DNA from: the human T2T-CHM13v2.0 reference genome, Homo sapiens | Direction: 5' to 3' (one strand) | DNA: 64,000 nt | Assembly (NCBI RefSeq): GCF_009914755.1 | Contig: NC_060937.1 | Shown here: piece by piece, positions 12,461 through 29,370 of the stretch | Layout of the letters: each line of letters starts with the position of its first letter | Numbering within the stretch: the first letter of the stretch is position 1 | Notes under the pieces: generated by a model | The model's input: the letters and a program-made list of their open reading frames with translations, nothing else | The model's database searches: none | Told to the model about the DNA's origin: nothing | Position numbers and translations under genes: made by a program

Positions 12461-12860
12461 GGTTAAAGCAAAATAAATACGGCCTGTGAAGGACTCCATA
12501 CTTCTATATTTGAGTCTTTGTGGATGAACTATAACTTAGCTTTAGGTAGACAAGACAGAAAACCTAACCTAGGAGTAGGCGTCTGTAACAGTTGCTGAGT
12601 TTGGGCCAATCCCAGCAGCCATACTTCCCCCATTCATAGACTGAGTTTAAATAAGGCAAACGTCAACCTGTGACCAATCCAGCTGTTTCTGTACTTCATT
12701 GCCGATTTCTGTATATCACTTCCCTTTTTGTGCCTATAAATTTGTTCTGACCATGAGACATCCCTGGAATCTCTCTGAATCTGCAGGGATTCTGGCATCT
12801 GCTCAATTCGCGATTTTTTCATTGTGCAATTAAACTCCAATAAAATTCACTTTCTTTTAA
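12461..12860 (+). mobile_element. MER57A-like ERV1 solo LTR
   Basis: gttaaagcaaaataaatacggcctgtgaaggactccatacttctatatttgagtc start, two CCAATC boxes, TATAAA, attaaa poly(A) signal. Confidence 0.8.
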
Positions 12861-13171
12861 ATTTTTCTTCGCAGGATTTCTAAGTCTCTCTTTCTACTAT
12901 TTTATTTTAATTTTTTTACATTTTATTTTTAATTGACATATAATAGCGTACATATTTATTAGGTACGTAGTGTAGTTTAAAAGTCTGCTATTTAATTCTA
13001 AAATACACTAAAAAATTATAACCTCAAAATAAGCAAACAAACATGGGAGCAATATTTCCTTATCTTCTTCTGTTACTCTCAGATTCAACATATGCAGAAA
13101 AGTCCTTTTTGAAGTTTATATTTCCATAAAGATCAACTTACATTGTTCTTTATTTAATATTGTAATTATTC

Positions 13172-13420
13172 ATTTTAAGAGATTTGTTGAGCTATAATTT
13201 GCATGTCCTACAACTTATCCATTTAAAATGAATAGTCCAATCATTTTTAGTATGTCACAGAGCTGCATAATCTTTACCACAATCAATTTTAGAATATTTT
13301 CATCATCCAATGAAGAAACTCCATAACAATTTGTAGACATTCTCCATTCCCTGACACCCTCCTATGGTTTCCTACCATCACATGTCCTGAGACAATAATT
13401 GTCTAGTTTCTAACATTATT
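13172..13420 (-). mobile_element. L1MB 3' end fragment
   Basis: ttgagctataattt...catttttagtatgtcacagagctgcataatctttaccacaatcaattttagaatattttcatc. Confidence 0.7.
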
Positions 13421-13585
13421 CTTACACACCCTTCATTCCTCTCTCATCTAGCTTCCCATCCCACCCACCACTATCAGTCATTCATGCTACATGTATGATA
13501 ACTAACCTGTTACCTAATTAAATGAATACTCTTTATTTTTCAATTTTTTATCACAACCACTCTAAACCCAGCTTATCACTGCCAT

Positions 13586-13978
13586 CTTTTTAAAACAACT
13601 TTATTGAGGTGCATTTGACACGCAGTAAAATATACATTCTTGAAGTATAGAATTTGAAAAGTGTTGACATATGTGATGTGTACACAAGCAAAACATCACA
13701 ACAATCAAGATAATTTGTAGATACATCACACCTGGATGTTTCCATAACTTTATACTTTTTTCTTCCGTTGTTTTCTTGCACCAACACTCACACTTGCCCT
13801 CCACCCCAGGCAAACAGTGATAGGCTTTGTGTTACTATAGATTAGCTTGCATTTTCTAGATTATGAGAAAATAAAATTATACAATGGTTACTTGTTTGTA
13901 TGGCTTCTTTAATTCAGCATTATTTTGAGATTTTTTTTCATGCTGTAATGTATATAAATATATGAACTTAGTTTTTAT
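13586..13978 (-). mobile_element. L1MC/MD 3' end fragment
   Basis: aactttattgaggtgcatttgaca...catcacaacaatcaagataa...gttactatagattagcttgcattttctaga. Confidence 0.7.
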
Positions 13979-13987
13979 TTTTTTCCT

Positions 13988-16058
<2,071 letters not shown>

Positions 16059-16109
16059 TAAGTTTCCAAATTCTGAAGAAGTCAGGCAGAGAAAGAAACA
16101 AATATGTTC

Positions 16110-16470
16110 TGATCTGGTTTGGCTGTATCCCCACTCAAATCTCATCTTGAATTGTAACTCCCACAGTTTCTACATGTTGTGGGAGGAACCCAGTGGGAGG
16201 TAATTGAATTATAGGGGCAGATATTTCGCTGTTCTTCTGATAGTGATTAAGTCTCATGAGATCTGATGGTTTTAAAAACTGGAGTTTCCATGCACTAGCT
16301 CTCCTTCTCTTTGCCTGCCTCCATCCATTTCAGATGTGACTTGCTCCTCCTTGCCTTCTATCATGATTGTGAGGCCTCCTCAGCCATGTGGAACTTTAAG
16401 TCCGTTAAATATATTTTTCATCTTGGTCTCAGGTATGTCTTTATCAGCAGTGTGAAAACGGACTAATACA
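16110..16470 (+). mobile_element. THE1B-like solo LTR
   Basis: TGATCTGGTTTGGCTGTATCCCC...GGACTAATACA, 361 bp; 5-bp TSD tgttc/tgctc. Confidence 0.92.
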
Positions 16471-17137
16471 TGCTCCAAATTCTGTTTACAGGATTATAAC
16501 ATACTCAATTATTAAAGGCCATAAATAGCTCAAAATAAGTTTCCTTGACTCTGAAAATCAAAATAAGGATCAGCAATGTTCCAAGAAGAAGTCAAAAAGA
16601 TTACTTCAGTTTTCTATTCGTTCAGTTCATTCTGTTAACTCTTGTTTTGCTAGATATTCGTGAGCATTTCAGCTCTTCACACGTCCTGTACATTTTTCTT
16701 TTATTCCAATGTCACAATCTCCAAAGTTACCAGAAATCTGCATTTGAGAGCACCTGTCAAAGTTCTATAAATGATTATAAACCACCCTTTGAAGGGAATC
16801 AAAACAAGACAATTGTCAGTGAATAACAAAATGTCCAGGGTAGCAACAGTCAGAAACATGATTGACAAAGAAATTTGGCTATCTTTGTGGTTCACAGTGA
16901 TTTAACATAACAACCTTAATTATGATTGATAGCATTAGTCATTAGAATTTTTAAAACTCCATACAATTTTGGAACATATATTAATAATATTCCCTAAAAT
17001 ATAACATGAGGGAGACTAAACAACATTTTAGCAATCCCATGTATCTAAACATGTCAGGTAATCCTGTTTACCTCTCTATGGGTGCTCCAGGCGCCCTCTA
17101 TAGCATCCAAAAACCATGCATCAGGGAAGACAATTTT

Positions 17138-17754
17138 TTTTAATAAAATCGACAATCTTTTTTTTAAAATATATATATTTTTAATTATACTTTAGGTTCT
17201 AGGGTACATGTGCACAACGTGCAGGTTTGTTACATATGTATACATGTGCCGTGTTGGTGTGCTGCACCCATTAACTTGTCATTTACATTAGGTATAGATA
17301 TACCTAATGCTATCCCTCCCCCCTCCCTCTACCCCACAACAGGCCCCGGTGTGTGATGTTCCCCTTCCTGTGTCCATGTGTTCTCATTGTTCAATTCCCA
17401 CCTATGAGTGAGAACATGTGGTGTTTGGTTTTTTGTCCTTGTGATAGTTTGCTGAGAATGATGGTTTCCAGCTTCATCCATGTCCCTACAAAGGACATGA
17501 ACTCATCCTTTTTTATGGCTGCATAGTATTCCGTGGTGTATATGTGCCACATTTTCTTAATCCAATCTATCATTGTTGGATATTTGGGTTGGTTCCAAGT
17601 CTTTGCTATTGTGAATAGTGATGCAGTAAGCATATGGGTGCATGTGTCTTTATAGCAGCATGATTTATAATCTTTTGGGTATATACCCAGTAATGGGATG
17701 GCTGGGTCAAATGGTCTTTCTAGTTCTAGATCCCTGAGGAAATGCCACACTGAA
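17138..17754 (-). mobile_element. 5'-truncated L1PA (about PA3-PA5) 3' end with ORF2 C-terminus
   Basis: ORF 17391-17750 is the ORF2p C-terminus (DPAIPLLGIYPKDYK...MFSLIGGN). Primate 3' UTR. Perfect 13-bp TSD ggaagacaatttt at 17125-17137 and 17755-17767. Confidence 0.95.
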
Positions 17755-20700
17755 GGAAGACAATTTTGAAACTGAAGTTTAATTTGGGGACGCTACCTAC
17801 TTTTAGTTTATGAATATGGTTATCCTTCAAGACAAATCCAATTTTCACTTTCTTATTACAGAGTCACTGTTATTACTTAAAACCCAAAGCAGATTATAGG
17901 ATACTTTTTTAAAGTACTATTACTGATATTGGGAAGATAGCCACCCTAGTTATGATTTATACCTTGATGCCCTTACAATGCCATTCCATTACCACATACT
18001 TGACATTATTAAACACTTGCAGTCCTTAAAATACTTTGTTTGATGTCTCTTTGCTATTGTGGAGATAATATGTAAATTGCGTGATTTTCGAAACGCTACG
18101 TTTTGATAAAGTTTGCATTGAATAAATATAAATTTTATATCTTAGTCACTTGCTTGTGAACAACAATATAGATTCACTTTTTCTAGGTTAGTATCAATAG
18201 TAAGAAGGGAAATAAAGATTTTTCTGGCTATTTTTCAACTTTCAACAAATTGTTGCCTCAACTTGGTAAACTTTTGAAAACATTTCTTAAAATTTTTCTT
18301 TCTTTTCCTTCAATTACTTGAGAACTTCAGCACAAATTAAATTTGATGGTGTGATTTTGTATTTATGTCTTCCAATTTTAAGATAAATAATAAAATAGGC
18401 CACATTGTTATGACTTTTAGTAATATCATGACAATAATTATTAAATAATAAATATTTAATATTTGAGGAATATTTGTTATATGATTTTGACATAGGCGTA
18501 TATTTCATTTGGGCTTGATATTCTGACATGGACATATAATAAATAAAGTTTATGAAATATTTAATTATGGAAAGCAATTTTGCAAATCCAAATTACATTG
18601 TTGCTAAAAAATAATAAATATAAGTTTATCTTGTCTTTTAAGTATCTTAAATATTATTTGCTGGAGTACTTGAATAAAAAGACAAGTAAATTTAATAATA
18701 TGAAGGGGAAACAACCTTTACATATACACTTAGTATGTATTTAAATATTTAGAAAAAAACATAAGATGATAAGACAACCAAAGTACAACCAAAACTAAAA
18801 AAAAGACCTAAATATTTCTTCATATTATTGTTTATTTAAAAAATTCAATTGTTATGATTCCAGCTTTAAATCATTGCATATGTTAAAGCTGAAAAAATAT
18901 TTTCATAGTGCAGTTTAAGAATAAAGCCTCTATGACTTTAGCCATAAATGTAAATGTACACACTTTATGAAGTCACTTGGGCGATAGGATTTTGAACATG
19001 GCACGGTGCTAATTGGTCCTAACCTACGTAGCCATGAGATTATTAAAAATTTTGTTCCCAACTAGTATGTTTCATATTTATAATCAAAAAGTATTTTCCC
19101 ATTTGTTCTAAAGAACACATGTTAAGAAATAATCTGAACAGTAAAAGTAGCCCATATTCCAGAACTTTTGTAAAATTTTAGGTTAAGAAGTATATTTAAA
19201 AGTTTTTCTCTTGTAGGTGTTCTCAGATTCTTTAAGTTTTAAAAGGGTTTTTCTTTTGTGGTTTTTATCTAAATTTATTTGACAAAGTGACTTTTTCCCC
19301 CTTAAAGCATTTTGAGAAATGTAAACATAATGAATACTTCAAAAGGAGACACTATGTTCATTACCAATATGAAATAATAAAGGAAAAAGGTAAGATAATG
19401 TTAAATAGTATTCTTGTAGTGTTAAATTGTATCCCATGGTGAAATCACCTGCTAAAATCTTTCAGATACTTGAAAATGATGCAAAGCAGTCAAGGCTTGG
19501 TTATAAAGCATGCACTTGGTCAACACCAAATTACATAATATATAAAATTTGGTTCTTCCCAACTTAAAATAAAAAATGTATGTGTAGAATACATAAGTGC
19601 AAAACATAAAAGCTATGTTTCATATTTTTATATTTGAAAAGAAGTGATGAAATTACAGTGGATTTTGTGAATTTCTGGAGAGTTCCATAGTCACATCTGC
19701 AATACTGCAATGTTTAAGTTGTCTATTGCAACACTATGCTCAAGTACCTGCACCCTCTCTCTGTGACAGATGCCAAAAAATGGGGAACTATTGTTGTAAC
19801 TATAAAAGATTTTCATATCATTTATTCGATTCATCATTGTATATAATTGACATGTCACAAGCACATATGATAAACAGCTATGGTTTTAAGAAGTTAATAG
19901 ATGCCTTTTTTTTATTTAATTACATTAGCTCCAAACATAGCTAACTCTCAGAAATCCAGTTCAGTGTCTTCCTTGAGTCTTCTCACCCTAAAAATCTGTT
20001 TTCAATATGCTTTTCTTCTTTTTTCTCTTTCTAATCCTGGGAAGATGGTGGTACTAGTAATAGTAATAATACTGATGATATTAATATTGATCAACAGTAA
20101 TTGAGCAGGATGAGATAGCATTATTACACTTGCTGATATATCTAATAAGATAGAAATATTGAAATACCTTGGTACTCAGTTGTTTTTTAATTAAATCATA
20201 TGAAATGGTATCAGCAGTTTACAAAAGTATACAATGTTGAAATTGCGATAGGGAAACCGGATGCTTGCCTGGTTTACATTTCAACCACTGCAGCAGTGTT
20301 GGAGGCACATCTGCTGAATGATAAGCCACAGACTTTGCATTTCTTTCTGGCTACTTATAGAAAAATATAATTGCGGAGTAGTTGTGAAGGCATACAAGTA
20401 TATATTTAAAAATTAAAAAATTAATTTTCAAACATAAGTGTAACTTTGTTTAGTAAATTTAAATGTAATTGTATTTTATCATTTAAAAAATATCCAACTT
20501 TACTTTATCCAACTCCAATAAAATAAGATTTACTATCCTGTATTACTATTGATAGGAATATTTATTTTGACTATGATAATGAATGCTACTATCAATATTA
20601 CTTCAATTACTACCTCTATATTACTACGGTTACTATAAGGTTAATAGTACTTAAATCAGACCACTGGTTTATTTATTTTTTGTCTGATTCCAGCAGTTTT

Positions 20701-20929
20701 TAATTTGTATTCAACTGTTTGATATGATGACAGTTTTTCAAACAATCTTTATTTCTCCCTTTCCAACCAAAAAAATACAAGTGTAAACATAATTCTGTTG
20801 CTAAAAAATGTTTTACCTTTAACAATAATTAAATCATTCTGCAGTCTTTAAAAATTATAAATATAGAAATTTAATGGCTTTCCATAGACTTCAGCAGCCC
20901 CATTCTTCAGTCTACAAATGAATAGGAGA

Positions 20930-21085
20930 GAACTCTCAGAGGTGTTGAATATATCTATCACTGTGATTGTGGTGATGGTTTCATGAAAGTATGCATCTGT
21001 CTAAACTTATAAAGTTAAATATATTAAACACATACTTTTTTTTGTATAGAAATCATCCCTCAATAAAACTCATAAATAAAAAAAA
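20930..21085 (+). mobile_element. Old L1 (MC/MD) 3' terminal fragment
   Basis: gattgtggtgatggtttcatgaaagtatgcatctgtctaaactta...ctcaataaaa plus A-rich tail. Confidence 0.65.
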
Positions 21086-22297
21086 TAGTGGTCCCTAAAA
21101 GTAAAAGAGTAGGACTTTTATCTACTGATTTTACTTAAGATTACTTAATTTCAATATTAGAAGTTTTGATTGAGAATATCACCAAAATTAGCACATGATA
21201 ATGCCATTGCTGAAGTATTTGATCAAGTGAATTAACCTCACTACTTAGGAACATATGGATCTGGTGTAATTGTTCTAATTTAAGCTCTACTTTTTTTCTT
21301 CCTCTTGTTTAACATGGACATTGGCCATTCAGGTCCTTGTCGTCTTAACATTAGCACTGGGTAATAAATATACATGTGACTTTTTTCCATGTTTTATTTT
21401 AATTTCAGAACTTGTGTTTTCATCACTTCTTATTTTGTTGCCAAGTATAAGTGAATTTGTTTAATTTTAGTATTAAATTTATTCTGAGATGTATTCTATT
21501 AGATTATTTTACACTGAATATCATGATTATGCCAGAAATCAATGTATAATCTTCAATTTTATCTTTATTTCTCTAGAAGTTAAAATTGCAATGTAGAATT
21601 CTGTTTTATATTATGCAGGAAGACACATGAATTTCTTGCCATTAAGGTCTGTCATCAAAGCATCTTAAAAGGGGCCTCTTTATTGACTATACCATCTAAA
21701 TTAGCTTTCCCATCAATTCAGAAGCTGTCTGTAGTCAAAAGTAACGAGTGTCTTAGATGCCATTTCTTAAGGTTCAAAGTAATATATTAGAAAATCAAAG
21801 TAAAACTGTGATAAGTAAAAACTCCATTGAACTTCAGATAGCAATATTGCCAAGGCAGTTACATCAAATAACAACTACACGTTTGATGTTATTAACAATT
21901 GTCAATTTAGTTATGTTAAAGGTTGTCCCATGTTGTTCACTAATGGGTATTAATGTATAGGTCAAAGATAAATATTTATCATAGAATGCAGACTTAGTTG
22001 CCAGAAGATGTGAAATAGCGAAGATTTTAAAACTTGCTTTTCTATAGAGGAATGCAATATTTATGCCACAAGTCTGTTAAAGGAAGCAGGGCACAACTTA
22101 TTCTAGTCTTTTTATTTTTAGCTTTATAGAAAAAAAAAGTGAGGTAACTATCATTAGGGAATAAGGGAACTGTTTACTGGCATTCAATATGAGTAACAGG
22201 TTTCCCAGTTAAAGGCATGCTTCCTACTAAAAATAAGAAGATAGATACAAGGGTATCACAGAGATAGAAATGTTCCCTCCATTTAAGAAATGATATA

Positions 22298-22604
<307 letters not shown>

Positions 22605-23189
22605 AAGAAATGATATAAAAAACTATAATATTTCAGAAAAATTCACTACAAATTTGGATATATTTATGAAGTGATTTTACATTCCTTTATCACTAACTTT
22701 ATCTCCAAACTAGTCAATAACACCAAAGGATGTGAAACAAAGCTGATATTGACATAGAATATGTTATATTAGCAACTTGTTTACTCCCAATGAAAATAAA
22801 GCATCTCAAGTTTTGTTGTAATTACTAAGTTGTGTTTTCAGCAAATTTTAAAGTCCAGAATTTTGTTAAAGGAAACATCAAATCGTTCAAACAGCAAAGA
22901 TTAATAAATCAAAGACAAAGATTTCCTTATTTTAATAATTACTCTAGACTAGTGGAAAATATATTGCCTTCACTTGCTTGTAATTGAATTTCACATATGC
23001 TATTTTTGGTAGCTATAGTTGTAATAGAGACTACTCAAAAAACTATGCTAAAAGTTTGAATGAGGGTAATGAACAAGCTTAATTAAAACAAAAAAAATGC
23101 TTACAGAAGATAATTTATAATCTCATAACTCTTTAAAATATTTTTGAAATATCTAAAAAGGCACATCTCAATGAATCAATAATGAAGTT

Positions 23190-23980
23190 TTGAATTAATA
23201 AGTTACTATAGTAAGTTTACAGGATACAATATCAAAAGACAATCATTTTTCTATATACCAGCAATGAACAATTGGAATTTGAAATTAAAATTATAAAACC
23301 ATATAAATTTGCACCAAAATAAAATAAATGCTTAGGAATAAATCTAACAAAATATGTACAGAATTTGTATGAAGAAAACTTACAAAACTATAATGAAGGA
23401 GAGCCATTTTCATGGTTAGGATGACTCAATATTATTAGGCAGTTTAATTCTTTCCACTTTGATCTACAGATTCAGTAAAATCTTAATCAAAACCCCAGGA
23501 AGTTATTTTGTGGTTATTGACAAACTAATTTTAAAGTTTATATGAAAAGGTAAAAGACCCATAAAAGCCAATGTATTACAGAAGAACAAAGTCAGAGGAC
23601 TGTCACTTACTACAAAGCTACCACAATCAAGTCAACATGGAATTGGTGAAAGAATATTTCAGCTGATCAATGGAAAAGATACAGACCCACAAAATTATAA
23701 TTAGCTAAAGCAGTCTTTTTGACAAATGGTGCTGGAATAATTGGACATTTTCATGTTAAAAAAAAAACTTTTAGTCGATCATTACACCTTTCACGAAGAT
23801 TAAATCAAGGCAGAATCTTAGAATTAAATGTAAAGTATAAAATAATAAAATTCCTAGAACATAACATAGGAGAAAAACTACGTGACCTAGAATTTGCCAG
23901 TGAATTTTTAGGTACAACATCAAAAGCACAATCCATAAAAGAAAAATTTGATAGGTTGAATTTTATTAAAATTAAAGACT
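23190..23980 (+). mobile_element. L1M (MC-like) ORF2 fragment
   Basis: ctatataccagcaatgaacaattggaatttgaaatt; ORF 23719-24000 contains IKFLEHNIGEKL...KAQSIKEKFDRLNFIKIK (ORF2p-like). Confidence 0.8.
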
Positions 23981-24688
23981 ACCCCATCTATATTAATTAG
24001 AATTGAAAAGAATAAAAAAGTACAAAAACTTATGTGTCACTCTTTTATTTAGAGTGATAAATAGAAAGTGAGAGGGAAAGGTGTGTGGACTCAAGATTGA
24101 TTGTCAATTAAACAATTTAAAAATATAGTAATATAATCTTTAAAATCATACTAAAATTGAACCAAATGTGTAGGATCTGGGGAAACCTGAGATCTTAATT
24201 GTAAAGTTACCATCAATAAATTCATTGTCATTACCTACATGCTAAAATATGATTTTAACTGAAATTCTCACTAATGTAAAAAAAAAAGTTCTTATGAAGA
24301 TAATGTGTATTTTGGGGCTGTACTAAAGTCTATCTTGGCAGAAACCAATTGTATAAAGTTAATTGTTCCATAAAATAGCCAAAAGATATCTCCAAAAGGA
24401 ATTTATTTTTATTAATCAGAAATACAGACACACTATTTTGAATTATATATTTTATATTTAGATTATAGATTTTTTTCAATTATGAATTAAGGTAAACATT
24501 TATGATTTCAAGTTTTTAGAAGGAGGCTTGTCAGGCAGAGAACAAAATCTGTAAGGCATCAATGCAACCTGAAGCAGTTCCTAGTTATATTCTACCCAGA
24601 TATAGTAGGCATTCAAAGAGTATAGTGGTTGGCAGTTAAATAATGGGCACATATAAAATAGTTGTTTTTAAAAACTCAAATGTGGTAC

Positions 24689-25031
24689 TGAGGCAGGAAA
24701 ATAGGGTTTGGAGGCAGAGAACATAAGGCCAGTTCACTCTTGAGCTATGACAGGAAATATCCACTCCATGGAGTGTAGGCCAAGTAAATGACTTACTAAC
24801 TTTACTTCATCCTCTCCTTTTACACAGGGCATACCCCAAGTAGAGGGTATTTAAACTCACAAAAACTCTGTAACAGGACCTTTTGAGCCCCTATGCTCAG
24901 GCCCGCTCCCACACTGTAGAGTGTACTTTCATTTTTAATAAATTCCTTCATTCCTTCCTTGCTTTGTTTGTGCGTTTTGTCCAATTCTTTGTTCAAGATG
25001 CCAAGAACCTGGATACCCTCCACTGTTAACA
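24689..25031 (+). mobile_element. MER61A-like ERV1 solo LTR
   Basis: TGAGGCAGGAAAATAGGG...CCACTGTTAACA, 343 bp, AATAAA; 4-bp TSD gtac/gtat. Confidence 0.85.
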
Positions 25032-25037
25032 GTATTC

Positions 25038-25240
25038 TTTTTTATTTTATTTTAAATTGACATAGTAATTGTATATATTTATTGGGTACAGTGTAGTCCT
25101 TTCATACATGTTTACAATATGTAATGATTAAGTTAGAATAATTAACATATTTATCACTTCAAATATTCATTATTTCTTTTTGGTGAGAACATTCGTAATT
25201 CTCTCTTCTACCTATTTTGCAATACCCAACATACTGTAAC
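25038..25240 (-). mobile_element. L1MA 3' end fragment
   Basis: T-rich tail then aattgtatatatttattgggtacagtg...tttggtgagaacatt. Confidence 0.75.
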
Positions 25241-25644
25241 TTATTTTTCTAATTATAATAAATACATGATTAAATTAAAATTTCCAAAATAAACTAGGTA
25301 CATGCATATTTAATTCTCACTGGAGTAGAGAATAGAAACATTGTTAGTAGCTAGTAAAAAATTTTCGTAGAAAAGTCTGTGAATTTTGTTAGATAGAAGT
25401 TAAAATGTAAGCATCTGTATTAAATACCAATACTTGGCATTCAGAAAGATGAAAGATTTCTCCTTATGGCAGACATGCTTAGCAAATATTTCTGAGGAAT
25501 AAACACCGAATTAACTCTTGGATAGTTGGCTTGATTGATAAATTAATGCTTATGAGCCTGAATACTCTAGTTAAGGAGAATCTTTTTAAAGACGAGGATG
25601 CCTAAATATTAAAAAATCATTTTGACAATAATTCAGTTTAATAA

Positions 25645-25985
<341 letters not shown>

Positions 25986-26580
25986 CCCCAGACTTTATAT
26001 GTTCTGTAATGGCAGAGATCCTGGCTATCTTATTTGTTATCATATAGCATATAACACACTGCTTGATCCAGAATTGGAATTAAATAAATAAAATGGTTAT
26101 AAAAAGAAGAGTCCTGTGATTATATCAAGCAAAGCTTTACAGAAAAGAAAAAAAGGAAAAAAAATAATTTAGTAATGTTTTCTATCAAGTAGTTTAAATT
26201 AAGAAAAGGGATTTTGTTTGTTTGGTGTTTTCCTGTTAACTGGGTAAAAATTGATCTCTGTGTCTGTAGGACCTAGCACCTAGCACCTGGCTTAGATCAT
26301 AGGAGACACTCAGAACATGTCTACTGAATAAATGACCTTACTTTTCCTATTAGATTCTTAAGGATCCTTGGAATACCCTAAATTCTAAGGATCCCCAGGA
26401 GTCAATGAATCTGAAAAATAATTTCAAATTGCTATACCTAAAACATTCAAATGATTTTTATTTGCTTCATTTTGCTATGTATATAATATAAAATACAAAT
26501 TGAGAGAATTTGTTTTAGAAAACATATAGCAGAAGGATCTAACAGAATATCATGAGGTATTTCTTAAAATAAGAATGAAG

Positions 26581-26885
<305 letters not shown>

Positions 26886-28034
26886 AGAAGAGTGGTAAAA
26901 AAAGAAGCAAATTATTTTCAAGAAGTTCTTTCTAGATTCAGCAATCTGCTTAGTTTTCTAATTCTTATTAACTGAATGAAAGACTGCAAAACACACTTAG
27001 TTTAATTCAACATTAATTTTTTAGCACAATTATAATCTGGAACCTATAATATTATTTTTATAGAGTAAAATTAACCCAATTTCTTACTACCTAATCTTCA
27101 GTAGATGGTTGAGACAAAAAAATAGGTGTCCCTTAATACTTGACATGATCTATTCTCCCTTTTATACATTCCTTGGTACTATGCATTAACACTTCATGCT
27201 TATAGCCTTTACGCTAATTGTAATTTTATATTTATTTATGTGATTTGTAAGGAAAACTGGCTAGTTTCCATTGACTACATTCCTATTACCTACTAGCACC
27301 TAACACACATAAGCATTCAAGTTTAACCACTTGGTGGAACTGAAGAATAAACAGTGAAAGAGGCTGCAGCAAGAGAGGACATGGTGAGCTGGTCTTTTTC
27401 CTGGTACATACACACCAAGAAATTTCTCATAGAAGGGTCCTACAAATCAGTTCATGTACTTTTATATTTATATATATACAAGCTGCGAATAAAGTGCTAA
27501 TAACTGTAACTGTGTTAAACCCCCAAATTTTGTCTTTTATAAGACAACTTGAAAAGCAATCCATATACTTCACAATTTGTCTGTAGCTTATTCATCATGA
27601 TAATTCAGGACAAATGAGGCCTATTTTCCATTGTGCTTTATATAATTATCACATGTGTAGGCCAAGTTTTATTTTCCTTTTGACATGTGTGTGTATTCAT
27701 ATGTGTGTGTGTGTTATATGTTGAGTTTATTTTTATGACCCACCATAATGAACAAAAGCAGACTATGAAAAGTGTATGTAAGTTGAATTAAATACCTGAG
27801 TAGCAAATAATTATCTATTAATGCTGACATGTAGTAATCACTATTTGTTGACAGTACTGATACATTAATGTATGAAAAAGTCATGCATTGCTACATTTAA
27901 ATATAAAATCAAATGGTTGGAAAGCAGATAATAGATTAGTAGCAAAAAGGGAACAAATAAATTCCAATGGAAGTATTGTTTTCTTTTATTGCATGTGCTT
28001 TTTGTGTCATTTTCTGAAACCTTTTATAAATGAA

Positions 28035-29370
28035 GGATACTATCTAAAGAATGAAAACGCAACCTGTAAAAAGTGAAAAATATTTACAAATCAAATTCTG
28101 GAGAATAAATTAAATTCCAGAACATGCAAAGAACTTCCACAACTCAACAAGGACAACAACAGAAATTCACTTTAAAAATGGGCAAATGCTGGCTTCAGCC
28201 AGCTGTGGTGGCTCACGCATGTAATCTCATCATTTTGAGAAGTCCAGATGGGAGGATCACTTGAGCCCAAGAGAGGGAGACAAGCTTGGGCAACATGGTG
28301 AAACTCTGTCTCTACAAAAAATATATATAAATTAGCTGGGCACGGTGGCACATGCCTATAGTCCCCGCTACTCAGGGGGCTGAGATGGGAGAATCATCTG
28401 AGCCTAGGAAGCTGAGTCTGAAGTGAGCCAAGATTAAGCCACTGCACTCCAGCCTGGGTGACAGAATGAGACCATCTTAGAAAAAAAAAAAAATGGACAA
28501 AACCTTTGAATAGACATTTATCCAAAGAAGATATAAAAATGGCCAGTAAGTACATTAAAAAATGCCCAACATCATTAGCCATTAGAGCCATGGAAGTCAA
28601 AAGCACAATGAGATACCAAGTTATATGTGTTAGGGTGGCTATTATTTAAAATAAAAAGAAAGAAAAATAACTAGTGAAGGGTATGGAAAACTGGAACCCT
28701 CCTGCACTGTTAGTAGGAATCTAAAATAGTGCGGCCTCTATGAAACACATTATGGTAGTTCTTCAAAAAATTAAGAATAGAATTATAATTCCCTTGCAAT
28801 TTGCCAATTTCACTTCTATGTATATACCCAAAAGAACAGAAAAAAGAGACTCACACAGATATTTTTACAGCTGTATTCTTAGCAACATGATTCACAATAG
28901 CCAAAAGGTGAAAGTAACCCAAAAATTCATTGGTGAGTGAACGGATAATGAAAATGTGGTATACACACATAATGAAATATTATTCAGTCTTAAAAATAAA
29001 AGGAATTCTGAGACATGCTACCTAGAGGATGGATAAACCTTAAGGACATTACGCTAAGTGAAATATCAGTCACAAACAGACAAATAGCATATGATTCCAC
29101 TTGTATAAGGTATCTAGACTAGTAAAATTCATCAACACAGAAAGTAGAATACAGAGTTTGCTAGGTATGAGGGGAGAGAAGAATGTGGAGTTATTGCTTA
29201 CAGGGTATAGAGTTTTTATTTGGGGTAATTTTTTAAATCTTGAAGAATAATAGTGGCAATGGTTACACTGAATCATGAATGCACTTATGGCTACTGAATA
29301 CTACATTTATAAGTGATTCAAATGGTGAATTTTATGTTATCTTAATTTTACCACTAATAAGAAATAAAAA
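28035..29370 (+). mobile_element. L1MB ORF2 end and 3' UTR, interrupted by AluJ
   Basis: aatagacatttatccaaagaagatataaaaatggcc...cacaatgagatacc...atggtgaattttatgtta, ending in an A-rich tail. Confidence 0.85.
28198..28492 (+). mobile_element. AluJ
   Basis: Diverged dimer; TSD aaaaatgg(g/a)caaa. Confidence 0.88.

Larger units (their letters stand above)
16060..17790 (-). mobile_element. ERV1 internal fragment (MER4/MER57-int group) interrupted by THE1 and L1PA
   Basis: gagcacctgtcaaagttctata...attgacaaagaaatttggctat...aaccttaattatgattgatagca resembles MER4-group internal sequence; continuity across both insertions is shown by their TSDs. Strand is from recall. Confidence 0.65.

Noticed and set aside
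17391-17750. 119-aa ORF as a gene
   Set aside because: It is the C-terminus of L1 ORF2p in a 5'-truncated L1PA.
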